Shown piece by piece: positions 52,250-62,474 of a stretch of DNA of 64,000 nucleotides. The DNA is from Truepera sp. (GTDB taxonomy: Bacteria; Deinococcota; Deinococci; Deinococcales; Trueperaceae). The translations under genes and the position numbers were made by a program. Location of the stretch: contig CBDCKW010000009.1 of NCBI GenBank assembly GCA_965218435.1, positions 800,001 through 864,000 on the forward strand, in the 5' to 3' direction. The notes under the pieces are model-generated. The model saw only the letters and a program-made list of their open reading frames with translations, made no database searches and was not told the DNA's origin. The stretch's first letter is position 1; every line of letters begins with the position of its first letter.

Positions 52250-52953
52250 CGAGAAAGGGCAAAGTCCTCGAGCTCAAACCCTAACAACTCGTCCAAACGC
52301 CCTACGGTAACATCCGCTGCCGGATAAGGCTCAGTCGCTTTAGGGTCAAACGCGTAGTGGCCCTGACGGACAAAAACGGTCGTTAGACGATTGCCCCACA
52401 CGCTCTTCATCGCGCTTAACAGCCGGAGTTTGTCGTCCACCATGACGTAGTGCTCGGCGGGATAGAGGTGCGCGACTTCGGCGAGTTCTCCTTCTTTGTG
52501 AATATAGATTAAAACCTCACCGCGCAGCGCGTCGTAAAGTCCCGAACGCCTGACTTTATGAGGCTGAAACACTACGTCGCCATCAGACAAGATGACGGTC
52601 GGCCCCAATATCTGTAAGTGTTTGACGACTGCTAAGGCTCCCGGAAAGAGCCGGTCAGCAAAGGGATAATCAATTAAAAACCCGGAAACGGCCAGAAGGC
52701 ACCGGCTGTGCGGACGCTCGAGCCGGTAGCGTTGCAACGTCCCTAAATAATCGGCGTACCCGAGTTCGTGACGTAACTGTTCAAAAAGCTCAAAGTAGCG
52801 TTTGCGAGCAGCAGGGCCGAGTTCGGTTTCCAAATGTGCCCGGAGGTCGGCGGTTACCCGGTCGTTATCGAGCAGTGTATTGTCTACGTCGAGCAAAAAC
52901 ACGGTGCGTTTAGAGGCGGCATCAGGCGCGGGTTTAGACATGGTTTTAGACAT
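52246..52953 (-). CDS. HAD-superfamily hydrolase
   Basis: LLDVDNTLLD, ILSDGD, MVDDK, RQGHYA. Confidence 0.85.
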   Translation of the reverse strand: MSKTMSKPAPDAASKRTVFLLDVDNTLLDNDRVTADLRAHLETELGPAARKRYFELFEQLRHELGYADYLGTLQRYRLERPHSRCLLAVSGFLIDYPFADRLFPGALAVVKHLQILGPTVILSDGDVVFQPHKVRRSGLYDALRGEVLIYIHKEGELAEVAHLYPAEHYVMVDDKLRLLSAMKSVWGNRLTTVFVRQGHYAFDPKATEPYPAADVTVGRLDELLGFELEDFALSR

Positions 52954-53289
52954 CAGTGCAGCTTAAGGCATCTAGCCTGAGATATTCGGATTGGGCTCGA
53001 GCGTTAAAGATAGACCCAAACTGTCTACTGTAGTTTCGTGGTTGACCTTTTTTGTCACCATACTCTGAAGACGCGAGAGGCCATTTTCTCTGTAAGCTGC
53101 TGAATTCTATATTCTGACTCCTGACTTCTTAAGCCACGTTGTAAACCCACGCAGCTAAGCTTAAAACGTCAGCGAAACCCAACCTTCACACCACGTTCAC
53201 ACTCCCGCCCCCTACCCTTCACGGCCCTCGCCCTAAGCTCTACTTAGCACTGAACAGGGTCACCCTGACAGGCGAAAGGAGCATGACTA

Positions 53290-53793
53290 ATGCATGGACA
53301 TATGATGGGTATGGGCTTCGGACTCGGGTTTTTGAACCTGATCGGTACCGTTCTCTTCTGGATTGCCCTCATCTGGGCGATAAGGTTTTTCGTCCGGGGC
53401 GGCTTTAGAGATGGGCGTTTTAGCCGGGGCCGTTACGCCAAGTGGCGCGGCTATATGAAGCACTCCGGCGGACGAGGCGACTGGGGCCGCGGCGGTGGTC
53501 GCCCTTGGGAGCAAGACGAAGCTGACAAGCTGATCCGTGAACGGCTTGCTAAAGGTGAGATCGGCGAAGACGAGTACGCGCGGCTTAAAGCGCAACTCGG
53601 CGGCAATAACGGCAGCGGCAACGCGAACGGCGGCTCAAGCGGCGGCTCAAATGGTGACGGAGGCCGTCCCGAAGGCGGCCCGCTGAGCTGGCTCCGGGGC
53701 GACAACGCTCTCGAGACTGCCCGCCTCCGCCTCGCCAAAGGCGAAATTACCCCGGACGAGTTCGAGACGATTCGCCGGGTACTAACAAACTGA
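53290..53793 (+). CDS. Membrane protein with two SHOCT domains
   Basis: N-terminal TM; RERLAKGEIGEDEY and RLRLAKGEITPDEF. Confidence 0.85.
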   Translation: MHGHMMGMGFGLGFLNLIGTVLFWIALIWAIRFFVRGGFRDGRFSRGRYAKWRGYMKHSGGRGDWGRGGGRPWEQDEADKLIRERLAKGEIGEDEYARLKAQLGGNNGSGNANGGSSGGSNGDGGRPEGGPLSWLRGDNALETARLRLAKGEITPDEFETIRRVLTN

Positions 53794-53809
53794 GCTCGTC
53801 TCGCACTAG

Positions 53810-53837
53810 AAAGAGGCAGTCAAGCTGCCTCTTTTTT
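53810..53837 (+). terminator. Intrinsic terminator
   Basis: aaagaggcag-tcaag-ctgcctctttttt. Confidence 0.75.
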
Positions 53838-53859
53838 GTATCGTAAGGTTGAGTATAAG

Positions 53860-54525
53860 ATGACGAAGACTATTTTGATTGTCGAAGACGAAGCGCGGCT
53901 CGCCGAGATTTTGGGTGAATACCTCAAACGTGAGGGCTTTCGGACCGAACGGGCCAAAGATGGGCAGCGGGCCTTAGAGCTGTGGCGGGCCGCTCGCCCC
54001 GACCTGATCTTGCTCGACCTGATGCTGCCCCTGTTGGACGGGCTCGAGGTCGCGCGGCGGGTTCGGGCGGAGTCGGCAGTGCCGATTATCATGCTTACGG
54101 CCCGCGACGAAGAGGTGGATAAACTCGTGGGTTTGGGGCTCGGCGCAGACGATTACGTGGTGAAACCTTACAGCCCCCGTGAGGTCGTCGCCCGCGTCAA
54201 GGCGGTGCTCCGCCGCACCAACGGAACGCCTCCGGTAGGGCCGGTCACCGTAGGCGCGTTGGAAGTTGACCTCAGCACCTATCTGACCCGTTGCCACGGT
54301 GAAGAGGTGGCGCTGACGCCGAGCGAAGTGCGGCTCTTGGCGCACCTCGCCAAAGAACCGGGCGTCGTGCGCGGGCGCGCCGAACTCTTGACGGCCACCG
54401 GCGACGATTCATTTGCCGACCTCCGCACGGTAGACGCACACGTTAAAAATATCCGCCGTAAACTCGGGGCTTGTGGGGAACAGTTAGAAACGGTGCGCGG
54501 CGTCGGGTACCGGGTTCGTCCCTGA
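53860..54525 (+). CDS. OmpR-family response regulator (BaeR-like)
   Basis: ILIVEDE, LLDLMLP, GADDYVVKP, RTVDAHVKNIR, ETVRGVGY. Confidence 0.93.
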   Translation: MTKTILIVEDEARLAEILGEYLKREGFRTERAKDGQRALELWRAARPDLILLDLMLPLLDGLEVARRVRAESAVPIIMLTARDEEVDKLVGLGLGADDYVVKPYSPREVVARVKAVLRRTNGTPPVGPVTVGALEVDLSTYLTRCHGEEVALTPSEVRLLAHLAKEPGVVRGRAELLTATGDDSFADLRTVDAHVKNIRRKLGACGEQLETVRGVGYRVRP

Positions 54526-55772
54526 TGTCTCGGTGGCGCGGCAGGCGAGGGTGGCGCTACGGCCCCGGTTATGGTCCGCCGGGGCGCAGGCCACACGCTT
54601 ATAGACGCCACCACAAACGCTGGGGACTCCGCCGCCGCCTGACCTTTGCCTTTGCCTTTGTTGCACTGATGGCGGTCAGCCTAACGACCTTTTTAACGCT
54701 GGGCGCGGTGTTTGGGGCGCAGCGCGAGCTGTTTACCGGGAGCAGCCCCGGTGCAGATTTCTTTAGGAGCAACCTGCAACCTTGGGGGGACTGGGGTAGC
54801 AACTTCGCGCCAGCGCGGGCAGCGTTCGCGCAGATTACTCGGACGGCTTTTTTTGCCGGGTTACTGTCGTTTTTTCTCGCGTCAGCGACGGCGGCGCTGC
54901 TGACGAGGGCGCTGATCCGGCCGCTTTTAGCTCTGACCGACGGGGCGCTGCGTTTTGGCGCGGGGGAACGCGGGCTTCAGCTCCGGGTGCCCCGTTCGCA
55001 AGACGAGCTCCGGACGCTGACCGAGGCGTTTAACACCCTCGTCACGGGTATCGAAAAACAAGAGGCGTGGCGGCGCAACCTCGTCGCCGACATCGCGCAC
55101 GACCTGCGGACGCCGCTGTCTATCTTGCGGAGTGAAGTCGAGGGGATGCAAGACGGGGTGATCGTCTTAGACGATGCGGCTTTAGGCCGTTTGCACGCCG
55201 AAGTGCTGACGCTTTCGGCGCTGGTCAGTGGACTCCGCGAACTTTCACTCGCGGAAGGGGGCGGGTTGCCGCTCAAACGGGAAACGATTTTGCTCGCACC
55301 GTTTTTAGAAGACTTTTCTGAGAGTTTTCAGACCCGCGCCGCCGAGGTCGGGGTGACGCTGACGCTGGAGCGCATCTCGCCCAAGCTAACGGCGACGTTT
55401 GACCCTGATCAGCTCGAGCGCGTCCTCAGCAATTTGCTCAGCAATGCGCTGCGCTACGCGTCACCGGGCGCGGTTGAACTTGGGGCGACAGCCACCGCTA
55501 CCGGCGTACGAATTTGGGTCCGTGACCACGGGCCGGGGTTGCCGGACGACGCTGAGCGGCTTTTTGAACGTTTTTATCAGGGGGACGCCTCGAGGACGCG
55601 CAGCGCGGTGGGAGAAAAGGGCTCAGGGCTAGGGCTCTCGATTGCCCGCGCTATCGTTCAGGCGCACGGCGGGACGCTCAGCGCGGCCAATCACCCGGCA
55701 AGCGGCGCGGTCTTTAGCATGGTACTGCCCGACAAAGGACCTGCGGTTACGGAAGATTTTTCGGTGGGTTGA
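54525..55772 (+). CDS. HAMP sensor histidine kinase (BaeS-like)
   Basis: ADIAHDLRTPL, NLLSNALRY, DHGPG, GSGLGLSI; TGATG overlap with the regulator. Confidence 0.92.
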   Translation: MSRWRGRRGWRYGPGYGPPGRRPHAYRRHHKRWGLRRRLTFAFAFVALMAVSLTTFLTLGAVFGAQRELFTGSSPGADFFRSNLQPWGDWGSNFAPARAAFAQITRTAFFAGLLSFFLASATAALLTRALIRPLLALTDGALRFGAGERGLQLRVPRSQDELRTLTEAFNTLVTGIEKQEAWRRNLVADIAHDLRTPLSILRSEVEGMQDGVIVLDDAALGRLHAEVLTLSALVSGLRELSLAEGGGLPLKRETILLAPFLEDFSESFQTRAAEVGVTLTLERISPKLTATFDPDQLERVLSNLLSNALRYASPGAVELGATATATGVRIWVRDHGPGLPDDAERLFERFYQGDASRTRSAVGEKGSGLGLSIARAIVQAHGGTLSAANHPASGAVFSMVLPDKGPAVTEDFSVG

Positions 55773-56110
55773 GGCGCTGGGAGTTGTTTCTGTCGTTACG
55801 GATTAGGTGAGTGAGCGCGATTTTCTCGAGCAAGTTACTGACTTCGGTCTTCTTTATTGTTTCAGCACGCTAGTCCAAAACTATGAACTTTAGTCCAAGA
55901 CTTTAGTCTCTACTCACCTCAATGCCTTTGACCTTTGCTTTTGACTTGTGAAAGAGAATAGTCTACAGGCAAAGTATCTTTTGCAAGCAGCGGGACTTCA
56001 GTCCGTGCTCCAACCTAGGTACTTTCAGTGCATAGGTGTTGAGTCTGTATTCTTACTTCTCTACGCCACACCGCCAACGCCTCGAGCCAACCCCGGCGGG
56101 TCAACCAACC

Positions 56111-57529
56111 CTAATTAAAACGCCTCGAGTGGCCCCCCAAAAGCTCTCTTGCCTGCGCCGCGTAGCCGCGCAAAATAAGCGCCCACTCATCGCCTTCATG
56201 AAGATACTTGAGCGCCAATTCTGCGTGAAAAACGATCCGTTCGGGCCGCGAAAATCCCTGTTGTACAAAGATGTCGGCGAGCATCTGCTGGGCGTGTAGC
56301 CAGTCGGTTTCCCCTGCACGGCAAGACGCCACCGCTTTTTCAAACCAGCCGATTGCGTCGTCTAAATGGTAATACTCGTAAGAGACCGAACCTAGCGTTA
56401 AACACGCCGAACCGACTGCGCCCAAATCCAGCGCCCGCAGTGCGTATTCGGCAGCCCCGCTCAAGTTGGCCAGCTTGTACTCGACCTCGGCTAAGTCGGC
56501 GTAGACTTCGGCGCGGTAGGTGTAACCCTCGGCGTGCAGGGCCTCGAGGAGCAGCTCCCGTGCGCTTTGCAAATACTCAGCTTCGATGAGTAGCAGCGCG
56601 TATTCGTGCAGAGTCCAGACGCGCTGTTTTTTCGGCGCAAGCTCGGCGGCCTGACGGTAGCTCGAGATCGCCTGCGGATAACGCCCGAGTGCGCCGTAGC
56701 ACTGCGCCAAAGCCAGTTTGTAGGTGTACGAAGGGCTGCCCGCCTCGTCTTCTAAGGCGCTCGCACGTTGCAGGTGCTCTAAAGCTAAGTTCGGGTTGCC
56801 CATCAACAGCTGCGCGCGCCCCTCGAAGTAGCTGTGTAACAGCCGTTCGTCGGGTCCGAGCTCAGGTGCAGCCACGGTTTTTAAGATGCCCAGCGCCCGC
56901 TCCGGGCGGTGCAGCTCTAAGAGCGTCCCGGCCAGGTGAAGCCGCTCGCGCTGCTTTTCTTCGCCGACGGCGAGCGAGGCCGAACAGCGAAAGGCGTCGG
57001 CGGCCTCGTCCAAGCGGTCGCTCGCGCTGCAGCTTTTGCCGAGCAGCGACCAGTAACGCCATCTTAAATAGTCGGGCAAATTGAGGGGCTCGAGCTTGGT
57101 TAAAAGCCGCGCCGCGCGGCGATACGCCCGAATCGCAAACAGGGCCGAGGCCGCGTGATAGACCGCAAACGGATCGCCGAGTTGGGCGGCGGCCAGCGCC
57201 CCTTTACGCACGTTGGCCGCTGCGTCGCCGCGGTAAGCGGCGAACTCCCAGTAGAGCGCCCGGTAGAGTGCTGACTGTGTGACGTCACTGTCGGCTTCGG
57301 CGGCTTCGCGCAACGTTTGTGCCCCCCACTCCGAACCGCCGGGGCCGCAGAGCGCGTAGGTCGCCGCCAGATAGAGCTTGAGCTGCGCCTGCGAACTGCG
57401 CCGCCGCTGCCGCCGGGTGGCACCCTCGAGCAGCGTCAGGGCGGTTTCAAAGTGCCCTTCGGCGAGCGCACGGTGAGCGGGCGCGACTTCACTGGACGCG
57501 TCACTAAAGCTGGGACGGCGGAAAAACAC
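56111..57529 (-). CDS. Tetratricopeptide-repeat protein
   Basis: Repeated helical A/L/Y motifs, e.g. LAQCYGALGRYPQAISSYRQAAELAP. Confidence 0.8.
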   Translation of the reverse strand: MFFRRPSFSDASSEVAPAHRALAEGHFETALTLLEGATRRQRRRSSQAQLKLYLAATYALCGPGGSEWGAQTLREAAEADSDVTQSALYRALYWEFAAYRGDAAANVRKGALAAAQLGDPFAVYHAASALFAIRAYRRAARLLTKLEPLNLPDYLRWRYWSLLGKSCSASDRLDEAADAFRCSASLAVGEEKQRERLHLAGTLLELHRPERALGILKTVAAPELGPDERLLHSYFEGRAQLLMGNPNLALEHLQRASALEDEAGSPSYTYKLALAQCYGALGRYPQAISSYRQAAELAPKKQRVWTLHEYALLLIEAEYLQSARELLLEALHAEGYTYRAEVYADLAEVEYKLANLSGAAEYALRALDLGAVGSACLTLGSVSYEYYHLDDAIGWFEKAVASCRAGETDWLHAQQMLADIFVQQGFSRPERIVFHAELALKYLHEGDEWALILRGYAAQARELLGGHSRRFN

Positions 57530-57647
57530 AGGTCAGATTATCACGCACTCAGGCCCAGCTCATAGAACCTTTCACACGCTTAAGGACACAAGGGTGTTAC
57601 ACAGAGCGACTGTGGTTTTCTTAACGTGTGCGCTGGAGCTTTTCCCT

Positions 57648-58433
57648 TTAGCGGAGCCACAAGGCGGTGCGCGGGCCTTCCGTTGCCGGATAACTCGGGG
57701 TGACGCGGTGAAACGACTCGAGCAGTAGCCGCCGCGGATTACTCCGCATAAAGGCCAGCACGCTCCGCGCCTGCGTCTCGTGCTGCGCCATCGCCCGAAG
57801 TTTGTTTTCAAAGTATGGGCCGACGTCAAGGTAGTGCGTCGGGGCCAAAAACTTCGCTTTAACCTCTTCGGCACCCAAAAATCCGGTGCGCGGCACCTCC
57901 GACACGTAAGGGCGTTCACCCGCAAAATAGTAGAGCGCCGGGCTGACAGGTAGAGCTTCTAAGGCTTTGAGCACCCACTCGTTCGTCGTTACATGGTCGG
58001 GATGGCCGTTTGAGCCGTTGGGCGGAAACGTCACCACCACGTTGGGCTGATGCCGTAAAAGTAACGCGGTAAGTTTTTTGACCCCTTCGGCCTCGGGAAC
58101 GTCGCGCAAACCGCCGTTTTGCGGCAAGCCTCGGTCGGCGTCGGGTACAAAATCGGGGTAGTCGTAGATATACACGTCTTGAACGCCTAAAACGCGCAGC
58201 GAGGCGCGGAGTTCGCGTTCCCGGAACGTCGGCAGTTCCTTTTGCGTGCAGAGCGAGAGCGTCCGGCCCGACGCGCCTCTAGTCAGCGTCACCGTGACGA
58301 TGTGCTGCCCTGCTTCGCTCATCTTAGAAAAGATGCCCCCGCACGAAAATACTTCGTCGTCGGGGTGCGGCACGATTAGCATTAGGTCGGCGGGTTCTAA
58401 ATCAGTATTCGGGGCAGATGCAGAGGTGTCCAT
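57648..58433 (-). CDS. PIG-L family deacetylase
   Basis: PHPDDE, RERE, GHPDH, HETQ. Confidence 0.9.
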   Translation of the reverse strand: MDTSASAPNTDLEPADLMLIVPHPDDEVFSCGGIFSKMSEAGQHIVTVTLTRGASGRTLSLCTQKELPTFRERELRASLRVLGVQDVYIYDYPDFVPDADRGLPQNGGLRDVPEAEGVKKLTALLLRHQPNVVVTFPPNGSNGHPDHVTTNEWVLKALEALPVSPALYYFAGERPYVSEVPRTGFLGAEEVKAKFLAPTHYLDVGPYFENKLRAMAQHETQARSVLAFMRSNPRRLLLESFHRVTPSYPATEGPRTALWLR

Positions 58434-58694
58434 AAGGAACCAGCATACCGAGCCGGATGCACACTGTACGTTTTAGGCCGGTTGCTGTTCGTACCAGGTA
58501 TAGCTTGGGGCGTCATCTGAAAAGCAGCAAGCTTTATTAAAGTTTTGCTGACCTCTACTGCTTCGGACGGTACCTCGAGCCCTCACATTCAGACACGCGG
58601 CTGCTCCGGCCACCGCATACGTTTACGGCAGACCATGTTTTATCAAACCAACGGGCTACTGAATACTGTCTGCTGACTTCTGGATTCTGTCTAA

Positions 58695-59852
58695 TTAGCG
58701 GAGTGGTTCGGTCAACAGTGACCCGACAATCTGCTCAGCTGCGCTGGGTTGAGCGAGCTTCAGAGCGGCGCGGCGCATCTGGGCGCGGCGCACGTCGTCG
58801 GCAAAAAAGTTGCGGAGTTTGTAGGGCGTGACGGTCAGCGGCTCGAGCCGTAAGCCCGCACCGTGCTCGAGTAAAAAGTTTGCGTTGGCCTCTTCTTGCA
58901 GTGGATACGGGCTGACCACGGCAAAAGGTAACCCTGCTGCGAGCGCCTCGGAAGTGGTCAGGCCCCCTGGTTTTCCGACCAGCAAATCTGCGGCGGCCAT
59001 CAGCAGCGGCACGTCGTCGCTAAAGCCTTCGACACTAAAGCTGAGCAGTTCGGCGTAACCGAGGAGCGCACGTTCGGCGACGGCGATCAGTTCAGCTGAG
59101 CGGCCACAGATCACGCGCACGGTGAGCGGCCAGCGCAACTCGCGCAGGTAGGTCAGCAAGCTTCTTAAGGTGGCGGGCTCGAGCCCCGACGCAATCAGCA
59201 GCAGCACGTCGCGCTCCGGTGCAAGGCCGAGCGCGGCCCTCGCTTCAGCTTTAGCGGGTAGCGTTCCGAACCGGGGACTGATGGGAATGCCCGACACACG
59301 GACCCGGTCGTCCTCAATCCCAACCGCTTGCAGGTGCGCGGCTACCTCGCCGGTCGCGACAAAGTAGCGCCCTATCCCCGGTTGCAACCAGAGGTTGTGG
59401 GCGGCGTAATCGGTGACGACCACGGCTTCAGGGATGTCGTAGCGTTCGGCGCGGACGACCGCCGGGGGTAAAAAATGCGTATGCACGACCATCTCAGGCG
59501 CACGTTGCCGCACTTGCCATACCAGGTTACGTGATAAAAGCTGCGTCAGCCGCGCCATCACCCGTTCTTGCCGGGTACGCTGCTCTTGGGGCCGACGGTC
59601 GAGGCGTTTGCCGAGCCAGTCAACAAAATCCGGCGCGGTGCGGACCAGATCAAAGTACGTCTGGCGGTAAAGGCGGCGAAACCCCGGCGCGGTGTAGGCC
59701 AACAGGTCGATGTGTTCAGGCTCGAGTCCCTGAGCCCTAGCCGCCTCACTGAGCGCCCGCGCCGCTGCGACGTGGCCGCCGCCAATTGAGGCGGATACGA
59801 TCAGCATCCGGGGCGGCGCAGCCTTGAGCGCGGTGCGGGTCTCACTAATCAC
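58695..59852 (-). CDS. MGDG synthase / UgtP-like GT28 glycosyltransferase
   Basis: SASIGGGH, THFLP, VVTDY, SGIPI, GKPGGLTTSE, QEEANA. Confidence 0.88.
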   Translation of the reverse strand: MISETRTALKAAPPRMLIVSASIGGGHVAAARALSEAARAQGLEPEHIDLLAYTAPGFRRLYRQTYFDLVRTAPDFVDWLGKRLDRRPQEQRTRQERVMARLTQLLSRNLVWQVRQRAPEMVVHTHFLPPAVVRAERYDIPEAVVVTDYAAHNLWLQPGIGRYFVATGEVAAHLQAVGIEDDRVRVSGIPISPRFGTLPAKAEARAALGLAPERDVLLLIASGLEPATLRSLLTYLRELRWPLTVRVICGRSAELIAVAERALLGYAELLSFSVEGFSDDVPLLMAAADLLVGKPGGLTTSEALAAGLPFAVVSPYPLQEEANANFLLEHGAGLRLEPLTVTPYKLRNFFADDVRRAQMRRAALKLAQPSAAEQIVGSLLTEPLR

Positions 59853-59892
59853 AAGGCGAGTGTATCAAGCCGAAGATGAGTCGGTAGAAAGC

Positions 59893-59934
59893 AAAAGACC
59901 GGGCTGTAAAGAAGTGCCTCTTACAGCCCGGTCT
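59893..59934 (-). terminator. Intrinsic terminator for the minus-strand MFS transcript
   Basis: agaccgggctgtaa...ttacagcccggtct stem with a T-run on the minus strand. Confidence 0.7.
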
Positions 59935-59964
59935 AACAAACGGTGTACAGCTAAGTTGGCTTGG

Positions 59965-60545
59965 TTTAGTTTAGCGTGAAAACCCACCGTCTTTGGCGGT
60001 GGTGATGTAACGTCGGCTATGCCTTACTGTTTCGCCTGGGACACATAGGTCGTACCCTAAGGCGTGGGGAAGTATAGAAAGCTTGCGCACGTTGTCTATC
60101 AGTGTAATTACCACATTGTGTGGGTGCCTAAATACCGTTACCGAGTGCTGACGGGTATGGTCAAAGAGTTGGTTGAGAAGGACGTCCATACGCTTTGTGA
60201 GTGGCGCTCTGTAGAAGTAATAGAGCTGAGTGTTCAAGCCGATCACATCCACTTGGTTTGTTCAATTCCTCCCAAGTTGTCAGTATCGGATTTCATGGGA
60301 TTTCTCAAAGGGAAGCTTGCCATCAAGTTGTTCAAAAGCTAGCCAGGCTTACGGAAGAAACCATACTGGGGGAATCACTTTTGGACACGCGGTTACTTTG
60401 TCAACACTGTAGGTATAAACGAAGACCTGATCCGTCGTTATGTGAAGTACCAAGAGAAGCGCGAAAAAGAGGAAGAACGCAATCAGCAGGACTTTCTCTT
60501 CTAGAGTCATTTTCAAATCCACCGCCTCTGGCGGTGGTCGTTTAA
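59965..60545 (+). mobile_element. IS200-type element (tnpA only), ends approximate
   Basis: Matching subterminal hairpins ccaccgtctttggcggtgg (about 59984) and ccaccgcctctggcggtgg (about 60519) flank tnpA. Confidence 0.82.
60064..60504 (+). pseudogene. tnpA: IS200/IS605 Y1 transposase with in-frame TAG at 60340-60342
   Basis: YHIVWVPKYR, DHIH (HUH); after the stop the frame continues PGLRKKPYWGNHFWTRGYFVNTVG..IRRYVKYQ. Confidence 0.9.
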
Positions 60546-60556
60546 TAGGCGGCTTT

Positions 60557-62398
60557 TTAGTGTGCGGCTTGGGCGGCGGGCGCGTTGGTCGTGCGGAGCT
60601 TGACTTCAGGGATAAAGAACGTCGTGATCCAGCCGAGGACGACTAAAATCGCAGCGTAAAAGTAGATGTTGGTAATCGCGTTGGAAAAGGCGTTTTTGAC
60701 GGTGCGGGTGACCTGCGTTACCGTTTCGTCAGCTTGCGTGTTGAGCTGGTTACGGATACCGCTAAGCGCCCGGTCTTGCGCCGCTTTGGGCGCTCTGGCG
60801 AGCCCCGGCAGCTCTTGCAGCCGCGCCTTAAATTCTTGCGGGAGCTGTGGGTTGGCAGTGAGCTGCGAAAGCGCCTGCGGGTCGCCGGTACGCACAACCT
60901 TTTGAATCAGCGCAAACTGCTGGTCAAACCCTGCCCGCACGGACGTGCCAATCGCCTCGAGGCCACCGTTAAGTTCGCTGCTCGCTCCTGCAGGTGGCGC
61001 GCCCGCGGCCGTTCCAGGCGTATTTGCAGAAAACGCCGTCGCCAACCCCGTCGCCAACACCGTTCCCATCAGCGCGGCCCCGACGGTACCGCCAATCTGC
61101 CGAAAGAACTGACTTGCCGAGGTTGCCTGCCCGAGTCTGCGAACGTCCACCGCATTTTGAATAGCGAGCGTATAGAGCGGAAATGACGGCCCGAGTCCGA
61201 GCCCGCAGATCACCATATAGATGGTGACGCGGCCATAGCTCACGTCGGCGCTCATGGTAGATAAAAGATACGCTCCAGCAAAAAGCAGCGCCCCGCCACC
61301 TAACATGAAGTACTTGTAGTGTCCCCAGCGCGAGACGAGCTGCCCGGCAACCGTCGAGCCCACCACGAGTCCGAGCGATAGCGGAATCAAGCTGACCCCG
61401 GCCCGCGTCGCCGAAACGCCGACGACGTTGACCATAAAGAGCGGCAAAAAGATCAAGATACTTAAAAATGCGCCGCCGATAAAAAAGAGTGCGATGTTCG
61501 AGGTGCTAAAAACTCGGTTCCTAAACAAGCTCATATCTAAAATCGGGTTGGCCGAGCGAAGTGAACGGAGGACAAAGAGCGTTAAAAAAACTACAGCTAC
61601 GACGAGTGAACCGAGCGTGACGAACTCGCTAAGGTTACCTGAGATGTCCGAAAACGCTGCCTGCGAAGGAAACCACGGGCATGAGGTTTTGTCAAGTTGT
61701 AAACCCAAAATGAGGGGTACCAGGCCCAAAATAAGAAACGCTGCAGACCCCAAATCGAGCCGGTCTTTATTACCTTGGGGCACAAGCGGCGGCATCCGGG
61801 TTGAAATAAACCAGAGCGCGATGATGCCAAAGGGCAAGTTGACGTAGAAAACCCAGCGCCAGCCTGCGATGCCGGGGATGATGTTGCTGCCGTAGTCGGT
61901 TAAAAAACCGCCGATTACCGGCCCCAGAACACTGGCGACGCCGAACGTCGCGCCGACAAGCCCCTGGTATTTACCGCGCACCGACGGCGGAAACAGGTCG
62001 GCGATAATAATAAACGCCATCGCAAAAAGTCCGGCCCCGCCGAGCCCCTGAATCGCGCGGAAGATGATGAGCTGGTTCATGCCGTCACCCAAGAGGGGCA
62101 ACGTCCCGAACTCACCGGCGAGTCCGCACAAAAACGACCCGATTAAAAAGGTTCCGACGGCCCAGAGCTCAATCGCTTTACGCGAGTAGGTATCGGCGAG
62201 TTTGCCGTAAATCGGGACCAGTACAGTCGAGGCGAGCAGGTACGCGGTGGCGACCCAGGCGTAGCGGCCCAAGCCGTTTAGGTCTTCGACGATACGGGGG
62301 AGCGCGGTCGAGACGATGGTCTGGTCGAGTGCGCCTAAAAACAGGGCCAGCATGATACCGGTCAGGGTCAGAATTTTATCGCGGTTAGATAGGGTCAC
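60557..62398 (-). CDS. DHA2/MDR family MFS transporter
   Basis: ALDQTIVSTALP, YGKLAD, RAIQGLGG, GPVIGG, WRWVFYVNLP; 14-TM pattern. Confidence 0.92.
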   Translation of the reverse strand: MTLSNRDKILTLTGIMLALFLGALDQTIVSTALPRIVEDLNGLGRYAWVATAYLLASTVLVPIYGKLADTYSRKAIELWAVGTFLIGSFLCGLAGEFGTLPLLGDGMNQLIIFRAIQGLGGAGLFAMAFIIIADLFPPSVRGKYQGLVGATFGVASVLGPVIGGFLTDYGSNIIPGIAGWRWVFYVNLPFGIIALWFISTRMPPLVPQGNKDRLDLGSAAFLILGLVPLILGLQLDKTSCPWFPSQAAFSDISGNLSEFVTLGSLVVAVVFLTLFVLRSLRSANPILDMSLFRNRVFSTSNIALFFIGGAFLSILIFLPLFMVNVVGVSATRAGVSLIPLSLGLVVGSTVAGQLVSRWGHYKYFMLGGGALLFAGAYLLSTMSADVSYGRVTIYMVICGLGLGPSFPLYTLAIQNAVDVRRLGQATSASQFFRQIGGTVGAALMGTVLATGLATAFSANTPGTAAGAPPAGASSELNGGLEAIGTSVRAGFDQQFALIQKVVRTGDPQALSQLTANPQLPQEFKARLQELPGLARAPKAAQDRALSGIRNQLNTQADETVTQVTRTVKNAFSNAITNIYFYAAILVVLGWITTFFIPEVKLRTTNAPAAQAAH

Positions 62399-62474
62399 GG
62401 GTGCTCCTTGACGGCAGGTCTTAAAAGGCTTAAGTCGGGTTCTAAACAGTCAGGTGGTGCAGAGAAACAAGCGT

